Positions 52,975-60,965 of a stretch of 64,000 nt of DNA are shown piece after piece. The stretch comes from Solirubrobacterales bacterium (GTDB taxonomy: Bacteria; Actinomycetota; Thermoleophilia; Solirubrobacterales; 70-9), in contig DASPWW010000028.1 in NCBI GenBank assembly GCA_035637595.1, positions 19,522 through 83,521 of the forward strand, read 5' to 3'. The number at the start of each line of letters is the position of its first letter. The first letter of the stretch is position 1. Under the pieces are notes generated by a model. The model was not told the origin of the DNA and did not search any database. It saw nothing but the letters and a program-made list of their open reading frames with translations. Made by a program: the position numbers and the translations under genes.

Positions 52975-54612
52975 TCAGTAGGCCGGGTCGGGCGCGGTCG
53001 GTGCGGGCTCGGGGTCGAGCGTGCCCGGCACGGGGCCCGGCGCCCGCCACTCCTGGGCGCGGCCGCACTCTCCGGCCGGAGCCGCCAGCGGTGCGATCCG
53101 ATCCTCGCGACGGCGCGGGTTGCGAATCCCCACCCCGGCGATCGCGCCGCCGACGATCATCAACGCTCCGGCGAGGCCCATCCCGAGGTGAAAGCCCTGC
53201 TCCGAGCCGGAGGTCACCGCAGCGTCGACCGTCGCTGCTTCGCTCGCGGAAAGGCCGCCGGTCTTCGCTGCCCCGAGTGGCTTGTCCTTCGCCTCGGCGA
53301 CGGCGTTCTGCGCCTTGGGACTCAGCGTCGCGCCGCCGAGGCGATCGTCGATCGTCGACTCGAAGCTGCCCGCGATCACCGCTCCCAGGACCGCGATGGC
53401 GAGCAGCCCGGCGACCCGCGAGATACCGTTGTTGATCCCCGACGCTATACCGACGTGGCGCTCCTCGACCGAGTCGAGAGCCGTCGCCGTCAGCGGCGCG
53501 ACCGTCGCCGAGAGGCCGAGTCCGAAGACGATGATCCCCGGCAAAACGCCGGTCAGGTAATCCGACCCGGCGTCGACCTGGGTGAGAAGGAGCAGCCCGA
53601 CGCCGCCGACGATCGGTCCGACCGCCATCGGCAGGCGCGGCCCCGTGGAGGTGGCGAAGCGCCCGAATCGCGGCGAGAGCACGAACAGGAGGATCGAGAT
53701 CGGCGTGGTGGCGAGGCCCGCCTCGAGCGCCGTGTAGCCGATCGTCTGCTGGAGGAAGATCGTGACGAAGAAGAACGCGCCGATCAGGCCGGCGTAGACG
53801 ATCAGCGTCTCCAGGTTGGTGACCGCGAAATTGCGGATCCGGAAGAGCGAGAGGTCGAGCATCGAGTGCCGGTATCTCGCCTCCCAGGCGAGGAAGACGG
53901 CGAACAGCAGCACGCCGCCGATCAGCGGTGCGTAGACCATCGGGTCGCTCCAGCCGTGCTCGGGCTGCTGGATCAACGCGAACACCGGGCCGCCGAGCCC
54001 CGCGGCCGACAGCACGATGCCGGCCCAGTCGATCGTGCGATCCGCGCCGGGATCGGAGCTCTCGTCCACCGCGTGGAGGGCGAGCATTGCGGTGAAGACG
54101 ATCAGCGGGACGTTTACCCAGAAGATCGCCCGCCACGAGAGCGCCTCGATAAGCGCTCCCCCGCCGGCCGGGCCGATCACCGTGGCGATCCCGGTCCAGG
54201 CAGTCCACGTTCCCACCGCCTTTCCGCGCTCCGCGCCCTCGAAGGTAGCGGCCAGGATCGCCAGCGAGCCCGGAACGAGCAGGGCGCCCGCGAGGCCCTG
54301 CGCCGCGCGCGCGCCGATCAGCAGCTCGGAGCCAGGCGCGACGGCGCACAGCGCCGAGGTCACCGCGAAGCCGAGCAGTCCCAGCACGAACAGCCGCCGG
54401 CGCCCAAACTGATCCCCGAGCGAGCCCCCGACCAGGAGCAGTGAGACGAGCGCCAGCAGGTACGCCTCCACGACCCACTGCTGGTCGGCCAGCCCGGTGT
54501 CGAGATCGTCGCTGATCGCCGGAAGGGCGACGTTGACCACGGTCGCGTCGAGGAAGACGATTGTCGAGCCGAGAATCGTCGCGATGAGGGTAAGACGCCC
54601 GGCGCGGGTCAC
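52975..54612 (-). CDS. MFS transporter, 14-TMS drug:H+ antiporter (DHA2/EmrB-QacA-like)
   Basis: 545 aa with TIVFLDATVVNVALP near the N-terminus and GGSLGDQFGRRR (motif A). About 14 hydrophobic segments. Confidence 0.85.
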   Translation of the reverse strand: MTRAGRLTLIATILGSTIVFLDATVVNVALPAISDDLDTGLADQQWVVEAYLLALVSLLLVGGSLGDQFGRRRLFVLGLLGFAVTSALCAVAPGSELLIGARAAQGLAGALLVPGSLAILAATFEGAERGKAVGTWTAWTGIATVIGPAGGGALIEALSWRAIFWVNVPLIVFTAMLALHAVDESSDPGADRTIDWAGIVLSAAGLGGPVFALIQQPEHGWSDPMVYAPLIGGVLLFAVFLAWEARYRHSMLDLSLFRIRNFAVTNLETLIVYAGLIGAFFFVTIFLQQTIGYTALEAGLATTPISILLFVLSPRFGRFATSTGPRLPMAVGPIVGGVGLLLLTQVDAGSDYLTGVLPGIIVFGLGLSATVAPLTATALDSVEERHVGIASGINNGISRVAGLLAIAVLGAVIAGSFESTIDDRLGGATLSPKAQNAVAEAKDKPLGAAKTGGLSASEAATVDAAVTSGSEQGFHLGMGLAGALMIVGGAIAGVGIRNPRRREDRIAPLAAPAGECGRAQEWRAPGPVPGTLDPEPAPTAPDPAY

Positions 54613-54643
54613 GTTCCCGAGTATGCCGAAACGGCCCTAGGTG

Positions 54644-55420
54644 CTAGGGCTCGGGCGGCTCGCGCAGCTGGTGGGCGGGGGTGAAGAAGTTTCGGTAGGC
54701 GAGCGTCGTCGCGACCAGGGCGGCGATCGCGACGCTGCCGAGCAGCGTCCACAGAAGGATGAGCTGGAGGCGCACGGCGTCGGTGGGGTCGGCGCCGGCG
54801 AGCAGCATCCCGACCATCGTCCCCGGAAAGAAGATCAACCCTGTGGTCTTCGTCGAGTCGATGAGCGTGATCGTCCCCGAGCGCAGGCTGCGCCGAACGA
54901 TCGGCATCGCGGCCTCGCGCGAGGTCGCGCCGAGCGCGAGGGTGGCCTCGATGCGCCGCGCCGAGTCGTGCATGTCGTCGCCGAGCCGGTTGAGCGCGAC
55001 CGCCGCGGCCGTCATCGAGTTGCCGACCACCATTCCTCCGACCGGGACCAGAAAGCGTGGCTCGGGCTCGAAGACCCCCAGGCCGACGACGAGACCCAGC
55101 GTCGCCGTACCCGCGACGCCGAGCGCGATCAGCAGCGGCACGAACGCGCTCGGCACCGCGCGCGCGCGGTGACGGGCGGTCAGCGCCCCGAAGACCACCA
55201 TCACCGCGATCAGCGCCGCGACCAGCAGCAGGCTGTCCTGGTCGAAGATCAGCTGGATCACGAACCCGATCGCGGTGAGCTGGATGAAGGAGCGCACGAC
55301 CGCGATCCCGATGTCCTCCTCGAGCTCGGTGCGACGCCACAGCGAGACCCCGATCGCGATCACCACCAGGGCGAGCGACCCCGCGACCTCGGCGAGGCTG
55401 ACGTCGATGCTTGAGCTCAC
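54644..55420 (-). CDS. fetB: ABC-type iron-export permease FetB-like (UPF0014/YbbM family)
   Basis: ORF 54644..55987 trimmed to GTG 55420 (GTGA overlap with the ATPase stop). It is polytopic, with ..IDSTKTTGLIFFPGTMVGMLLAG... Confidence 0.75.
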   Translation of the reverse strand: MSSSIDVSLAEVAGSLALVVIAIGVSLWRRTELEEDIGIAVVRSFIQLTAIGFVIQLIFDQDSLLLVAALIAVMVVFGALTARHRARAVPSAFVPLLIALGVAGTATLGLVVGLGVFEPEPRFLVPVGGMVVGNSMTAAAVALNRLGDDMHDSARRIEATLALGATSREAAMPIVRRSLRSGTITLIDSTKTTGLIFFPGTMVGMLLAGADPTDAVRLQLILLWTLLGSVAIAALVATTLAYRNFFTPAHQLREPPEP

Positions 55421-56142
55421 CCCGCCAGCACCTCGCGTACCGGCCCCTGCGCCGCGACCGAGCCATGATCGAGGCGCACCACCCAATCGGACATGCGGCG
55501 CGCCTGATCGAGATCGTGCGTGACGAGGACGATCGAGATTCGGAGGCGCTCGCGCATGTCGCGCAGCGTCCCCTCGACGGCGTCCCTCGCCCCCTCGTCG
55601 AGCGCCGAGGTCGGCTCGTCGAGTAGCAGGACGCGCGGCTCGACGGCGAGAGCGCGCGCCAGCATCGCCCGCTGCTGCTCGCCGACCGAGAGCTTGGCGG
55701 CGTCGCGATCGGCGTAGGAGAGATCGAGCCCCGCGAGGTCGAGCAATCGCCCCGGCTCCGGCTCGGCGCCGTCGAGGCCGGCGGCGAAGCGCAGGTTGTC
55801 CGCCACGCTGCCATCGAGTAGCGCCGGCAGCTGGGGCACGAGGCCGACCTCGCGCCGCAGCTCGAGCGGGTCGTGGGCGCGAACGTCCTCCCCCTGGTAG
55901 CGGACCGTGCCCGAGACCGGATCGGCAAGCCGGTTGAGCAGGCGCAGCAGGCTCGACTTCCCGCAGCCCGACGGGCCGGCCACGCACACCGCTCCTTCGG
56001 GTAGGCGGCAGCTCACGTCCTCGAGCACGACCCTCGGGCCCCTGGCCAAAGTCACCCGCTCCAGCTCGAACAGCACGATCCGATTATCGTCCCCGCGGCC
56101 GATGACCGAGGCGACGGCGAGCGAAGCCCCCGGCAGGCGCAT
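55417..56142 (-). CDS. fetA: ABC transporter ATP-binding protein FetA-like
   Basis: Has Walker A GPSGCGKSSLL, signature LSVGEQQR and Walker B LLLDEPTSALD. Start is ATG 56142 or in-frame GTG 56076. The latter avoids overlapping the divergent gene. Confidence 0.85.
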   Translation of the reverse strand: MRLPGASLAVASVIGRGDDNRIVLFELERVTLARGPRVVLEDVSCRLPEGAVCVAGPSGCGKSSLLRLLNRLADPVSGTVRYQGEDVRAHDPLELRREVGLVPQLPALLDGSVADNLRFAAGLDGAEPEPGRLLDLAGLDLSYADRDAAKLSVGEQQRAMLARALAVEPRVLLLDEPTSALDEGARDAVEGTLRDMRERLRISIVLVTHDLDQARRMSDWVVRLDHGSVAAQGPVREVLAG

Positions 56143-57442
56143 TCTGCCGATCGTCGTGATCGTGATCGCGTCGGCGATCGGGTTCTTGTCGGTATTCGCG
56201 GTGTGGGTCAAGCGCCAGGCGCTCGAGACAGACACCTGGACGAAGACCAGCGCCGAGCTGCTGCGCAACGAGGACATCCAGGACGCACTCGCCGACTACC
56301 TGGTGGTGCAGCTGTACGCCAATGTGGACGTGGAGAAGAAGGTCGCGGGCGTCCTGCCGCCCGACCTGCAGGGCCTCGCCGGCCCGATCTCGGGTGGGAT
56401 TCGACAGCTCGCGGGCACCGCGGCACGCGAGGCGCTCGCCCAGCCGCGCGTGCAGGCCCGGTGGGAGGACGCGAACCGCGCCGCCCACGAGCAGCTGCTC
56501 AGGGTGATCGACGACAAGGGCTCCGCGGTGTCGACGGGTGGCGGGGTCGTGACGCTCAACCTCGACACGATCCTCGCCGCGGTCGCAAACCAGGTCGGAA
56601 TCGGCGCCGGCCTCACGTCGAAGCTGCCTCCCGACGCGGCGCACCTCGAGGTCTTGCGCTCGGGCGAGCTGGAGACGGTTCAGGACGGGGCCCACCTGCT
56701 GCGCACGCTCGCATGGGTGCTGACCGCAGTGACCCTCGGGCTATACGCGCTCGCGATCTACCTCGCCCGCGGCCGGCGCCGCGAGACGCTCCGCTCGGTT
56801 GGATTCGCCTTCGTCGTCGTTGGGATCCTGGTGCTGTTCGCGCACGTGCTGGCCGAACGTGCAGTGGTCAACTCGCTCGCCGACACGACCGCGGCCGAGC
56901 CCGCCGTCGAAGCGACGTGGACGATCGGCACCTCGCTGCTCGTCGCGACCGGCCAAGCGATAGTCGGCTACGGCATCGTGATCGTCCTCGCCGCGTGGCT
57001 TGCGGGGCCAAACTCGTGGGCGGTCTCGCTGCGCCGGGCGATCACCCCCTACTTCCGCCAGCCCCCGGTCGCCTACGCGGGGCTCGCGGTCCTGCTGCTG
57101 GTGATCTTCTGGTGGAACCCGACCGAGGCCACGCGGCGGCTCGGCCCCGCGCTAGCGCTGATCTTCTTCATCGCGCTGGGCTTCGAGGTCCTGCGCCGCC
57201 AGGTGATCCGCGAGTTCCCCGAGCTGGTCGCAGCGGGATCGCCCGGCGACATGGCGGGGCGGATGGCGGAGAGAATGCGCGACGCGCGCGAGCGCCGCAT
57301 CCCCTCGAGAGCAACCGCCGCCGCCTCCCCGGACGAGGAGCGTGTGGCCCGGCTCGAGCGTCTCGCCGCGCTGCACGGGTCCGGAGCCCTGACAGACGAG
57401 GAGTTCGCGGCCGAGAAGCAGCGCCTGCTCGGGGCCGGGTAG
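56102..57442 (+). CDS. Polytopic membrane protein with C-terminal SHOCT domain
   Basis: ORF 55907..57442 trimmed to ATG 56102 (MTEATASEAPGRRILPIVVIVIASAIGFL). It has several TM helices and the tail RLERLAALHGSGALTDEEFAAEKQRLLG, the SHOCT motif. Confidence 0.7.
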   Translation: MTEATASEAPGRRILPIVVIVIASAIGFLSVFAVWVKRQALETDTWTKTSAELLRNEDIQDALADYLVVQLYANVDVEKKVAGVLPPDLQGLAGPISGGIRQLAGTAAREALAQPRVQARWEDANRAAHEQLLRVIDDKGSAVSTGGGVVTLNLDTILAAVANQVGIGAGLTSKLPPDAAHLEVLRSGELETVQDGAHLLRTLAWVLTAVTLGLYALAIYLARGRRRETLRSVGFAFVVVGILVLFAHVLAERAVVNSLADTTAAEPAVEATWTIGTSLLVATGQAIVGYGIVIVLAAWLAGPNSWAVSLRRAITPYFRQPPVAYAGLAVLLLVIFWWNPTEATRRLGPALALIFFIALGFEVLRRQVIREFPELVAAGSPGDMAGRMAERMRDARERRIPSRATAAASPDEERVARLERLAALHGSGALTDEEFAAEKQRLLGAG

Positions 57443-57550
57443 GCGCAGCAGCTGCGAGCTGGAGGGACCGCCGCCGTACGCGGCCCGCAAGATCGCTGCC
57501 GTCATGGTTTGCCGGCAGGGAAGCGGCGGTAACCTCAAGAATTGCGAGCT

Positions 57551-58510
57551 ATGGCTAGAGCAATCTGGAGCGGATCGATCAGCTTCGGGCTTTTGAACGT
57601 GCCCGTGAAGCTCTACAGCGCGGTCTCCAAGCAGACCGTGCGCTTCAAGGAGCTTCGCGAGGGCGACGGCTCGCGGATCCGCCACAAGCGGGTCGCCGAG
57701 GAGGACGGCAAGGAGGTCCCCTACGAGAAGATCGTCAAGGGCTACGAGATCGGCCCCGACCAGTACGTGGTGCTGACGCGCGAGGAGCTCGAGGAGCTCG
57801 ACCCCAAGAAGACGCGGGCGATCGAGATTCAGGACTTCGTCGATCTCGACGAGATTGACCCGATCTACTTCGAGCAGCCCTACTACCTGGGGCCCGACGC
57901 CGGCGCCGAGAAGGCCTATTCCCTGCTCGTCCAGGCGATGAAGGACGAGCGCAAGGTCGCGGTGGCGCGCTTCGTGCTGCGCAACAAGGAGCACCTGGCG
58001 GCGATCCGGCCGATGGGAAACGTCCTGACGATGGCGACGATGCGGTTCGCCGACGAGGTCACACCCCCCGACCAGCTCGACGGCGTGCTGCCCGAAGACG
58101 ATGTCAAGCTCGACAAGCGCGAGGTCGAGATGGCCAAGAAGCTGATCGACTCGCTGGCCTCCGACTTCGAGGCTGAGCGCTACCGCGACGAGTACCGCGA
58201 GGAGCTGCTCGACCTGATCGAGCGCAAGGCCAAGGGCGAGTCCGTGGTCGTCCAGCCCAGCGAGGAGCCCAAGCCGACCAAGGCACCCGACCTGATGGCG
58301 GCGCTCGAGGAGAGCCTCGCCGCGGTGCGCGGCGAGGAGCTCGGCGAGGGCGCCACGAAGGCCGACGGCGGCAAGCGTTCGGGCGCCAAGCCGAAGCGCC
58401 GCACGGCAAAGCGCACGACCAAGTCGTCAACGAAGAGCAAGAGCTCGAAGACGAGCGGCTCGACCAAGAGCAAGAGCAGATCGCGCGCCAAGGCGGCCAG
58501 CAAGAAGTAG
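57551..58510 (+). CDS. ku: Non-homologous end-joining protein Ku with Lys/Ser-rich C-terminal tail
   Basis: MARAIWSGSISFGLLNVPVKLYSA is the canonical bacterial Ku N-terminus. Tail is ..KPKRRTAKRTTKSSTKSKSSKTSGSTKSKSRSRAKAASKK. Confidence 0.93.
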   Translation: MARAIWSGSISFGLLNVPVKLYSAVSKQTVRFKELREGDGSRIRHKRVAEEDGKEVPYEKIVKGYEIGPDQYVVLTREELEELDPKKTRAIEIQDFVDLDEIDPIYFEQPYYLGPDAGAEKAYSLLVQAMKDERKVAVARFVLRNKEHLAAIRPMGNVLTMATMRFADEVTPPDQLDGVLPEDDVKLDKREVEMAKKLIDSLASDFEAERYRDEYREELLDLIERKAKGESVVVQPSEEPKPTKAPDLMAALEESLAAVRGEELGEGATKADGGKRSGAKPKRRTAKRTTKSSTKSKSSKTSGSTKSKSRSRAKAASKK

Positions 58511-58554
58511 AGATCGACGGCCGGCGCGTCGGCCTCACCAACCTCGACAAGGTC

Positions 58555-59409
58555 ATGTACCCGTCGGGGTTCCGCAAGGGCGAGGTGATCGACTACTACG
58601 TGCGGATCGCCCCCGCGCTGCTCCCGCACCTCGCCGGCCGCCCGCTGACCCTGAAGCGCTACCCGAACGGCACCGAGGCGGGGCACTTCTACGAGAAGCG
58701 CTGTCCCGAGCATCGGCCCGACTGGGTCGCGACCGCGCCTGTGTGGAGCGACCGCGAGGACGGCGAAATCAACTTCTGCGTCTGCGACGACCTGCCGACC
58801 CTGGTCTGGGTGGCGCAGCTCGCCTCGCTCGAGCTTCATCCCTCGCTCTCGCTGGCCGAGCAGATGGACACCCCGACGGCGCTCGCGTTCGACCTCGACC
58901 CGGGTGATCCCGCGACGATCGTCGAGTGCTGCAGGGTCGGATTGCGGCTGCGCGAGCTGTTCGGAGACCTCGGCGTCGAGTGCTTTCCCAAGAGCTCGGG
59001 CTCGAAGGGGCTACAGGTCTACGTGCCGCTCAACAGCGATGTCACCTACGAGGTCACCAAGCCCTACGCGCAGGCCGTCGCGCAGCTCCTCGAGCGCCAG
59101 GCTCCCGAGGAGATCACTTCGAGGATGACCAAGAAGCTGCGCAAGGGAAAGGTCTTCGTCGACTGGAGCCAGAACACCGAGACGAAGACCACGGTGGCGG
59201 CGTACTCGCTGCGCGCCAAGCAGAGGCCGACAGTCTCGGCGCCGGTCGAGTGGTCTGAGGTCGAGCGCGCCGCCGAGAAGGAGGATCCCGAGCTGCTGAC
59301 GTTCGAGGCCGGCGAGGTGCTGGAGCGCGTCGCGGAGCGCGGCGACCTGTTCGCGCCGGTTCTCGAGCTCGAGCAGGAGCTGCCGGTTCTCGACAGCGTC
59401 GGCGGCTAG
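58555..59409 (+). CDS. ligD: Stand-alone LigD-type primase-polymerase (PolDom) protein; the true start is probably upstream of the listed ATG
   Basis: 284 aa with FYEKR, LVWVAQLASLELH, FDLDPGD, SSGSKGLQVYVPL and VDWSQN blocks. The in-frame upstream codons encode VEIDGRRVGLTNLDKV, the conserved PolDom N-terminus, but there is no ATG/GTG/TTG there. Confidence 0.88.
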   Translation: MYPSGFRKGEVIDYYVRIAPALLPHLAGRPLTLKRYPNGTEAGHFYEKRCPEHRPDWVATAPVWSDREDGEINFCVCDDLPTLVWVAQLASLELHPSLSLAEQMDTPTALAFDLDPGDPATIVECCRVGLRLRELFGDLGVECFPKSSGSKGLQVYVPLNSDVTYEVTKPYAQAVAQLLERQAPEEITSRMTKKLRKGKVFVDWSQNTETKTTVAAYSLRAKQRPTVSAPVEWSEVERAAEKEDPELLTFEAGEVLERVAERGDLFAPVLELEQELPVLDSVGG

Positions 59410-60965
59410 TCCCGCCCCGGCGGCTGGCGGACGATGGGATTGCGCCGCGCCGCGGCGGCCTCGTCGAGGCGCCGGACCGGCGTCGTGTAGGGCGCGTTGC
59501 GCGCGATCTCGGGGTCGCGCTCGGCCTCGGCGAGGATCTCCTCGATCGCATCGGCGAAGGCGTCGAGCGACTCGCGGGTCTCGGTCTCGGTGGGCTCGAC
59601 CATCAGTGCCTCGTCGACGAGCAGCGGGAAGTAGATCGTCGGCGGGTGGAACCCGAAGTCGAGCAGGCGCTTGGCCAAGTCGAGCGTCTTGACTCCGAGA
59701 TCGCGCTTGGCGCCGCGACCCGAGAGCACGAACTCGTGCATGCAGGTGCGGTCGAACGCGCGCGGCAGATACTTCGCCGCGCGGCCCTCACCGAGGCGGG
59801 CCAGCAGGTAGTTCGCGTTCAGCACCGCGGTCTCGGAGGCCTCAGCCAGGCCGTCGCCGCCGAGGCTGAGCATGTACGCATAGGAGCGCACGAAAACGCC
59901 GAAGTTCCCCTGGAATCCGCGCAGCCGCCCGATCGACTTGGGCCGGTCGTGCTCGAGGTCGTAGATCGGGCCCGCGGCGCCGCCGTTGTCTCCGGCCTCG
60001 CGACGCACCACCCGCGGCACGGGCAGGAACGGCTCGAGCCGGTCCGAGACGCAGATCGGGCCCGCCCCCGGGCCGCCCCCGCCGTGCGGCTGCGAGAACG
60101 ACTTGTGCAGGTTGACGTGGACGATGTCGAAGCCCATGTCCCCGGGGCGCGAGTGGCCCATGACCGCGTTGAGGTTGGCGCCGTCGTAGTACAGCGTCCC
60201 CCCCGCCTCGTGGACCACCGAGGCGATCTCGACGATGTTCTCGTCGAACAGGCCCAGCGTGTTCGGGTTGGTCAGCATCAGGCAGGCGATCTCGCCGCTG
60301 ACCTTGGCGCGCAGATCGTCGACGTCGACTCCCCCTCGCGCGTCGGTCGCCACCTTGACGACCTCGTAGCCGGCCATCGTCACGGTCGCCGGGTTGGTGC
60401 CGTGCGCGGTATCGGGGGTGAGCACCTTGGTGCGCTCGTCGCCGCGATCGGCGTGGTAGGCGCGGGTCAGCAGCAGGCCCGCCAGCTCCCCGTGCGAGCC
60501 CGCCGACGGCTGGAGGCTGACGTGCGGCAGGCCGCAGATCTCGGCGAGCGATTCCTCGAGGCGCGCCATCAGCTCCAGCGCGCCCTGGGCTCGCTTGGGG
60601 TCCTGGGCGGGGTGAAGCCGAGCGTGGCCCGGCAGCGCCGCGACCCGCTCGTTCAGCCGTGGGTTGTGCTTCATCGTGCACGAGCCGAGGGGATAGAGCC
60701 CGGTGTCGAGATCGAAGTTGCGGCGCGAGATGCGGTTGTAGTGGCGAACGATCTCGGGCTCGGAGACCTCGGGCAGCTCGGCCGGCCGCTCGCGCCGCAG
60801 GTGCGCCGGGATCAGCTCGTCGAGCGGGCGCTCGGGCACGTCCGGCTCGGGGAACGTCGCGGCGCGACGCCCCGCTCGGGAGCGCTCGAAGATGGTCACG
60901 GCCCGATCGCGCTGCATCGGCGTCTCGCCATTGAGGCCCGGGGCGGGGGTCCCCTGGTCCGTCAT
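59406..60965 (-). CDS. gcvPB: Glycine dehydrogenase (decarboxylating) subunit 2
   Basis: ORF 59406..61583 trimmed to ATG 60965 (ATGA overlap with gcvPA). It has LGSCTMKHNP and the PLP block NLHKSFSQPHGGGGPG. Confidence 0.92.
   Translation of the reverse strand: MTDQGTPAPGLNGETPMQRDRAVTIFERSRAGRRAATFPEPDVPERPLDELIPAHLRRERPAELPEVSEPEIVRHYNRISRRNFDLDTGLYPLGSCTMKHNPRLNERVAALPGHARLHPAQDPKRAQGALELMARLEESLAEICGLPHVSLQPSAGSHGELAGLLLTRAYHADRGDERTKVLTPDTAHGTNPATVTMAGYEVVKVATDARGGVDVDDLRAKVSGEIACLMLTNPNTLGLFDENIVEIASVVHEAGGTLYYDGANLNAVMGHSRPGDMGFDIVHVNLHKSFSQPHGGGGPGAGPICVSDRLEPFLPVPRVVRREAGDNGGAAGPIYDLEHDRPKSIGRLRGFQGNFGVFVRSYAYMLSLGGDGLAEASETAVLNANYLLARLGEGRAAKYLPRAFDRTCMHEFVLSGRGAKRDLGVKTLDLAKRLLDFGFHPPTIYFPLLVDEALMVEPTETETRESLDAFADAIEEILAEAERDPEIARNAPYTTPVRRLDEAAAARRNPIVRQPPGRD

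Noticed and set aside
58498-58512. Programmed -1 ribosomal frameshift fusing Ku to the polymerase domain.
   Set aside because: There is no canonical slippery heptamer or obvious downstream pseudoknot. I kept it only as one of three alternatives in the finding.
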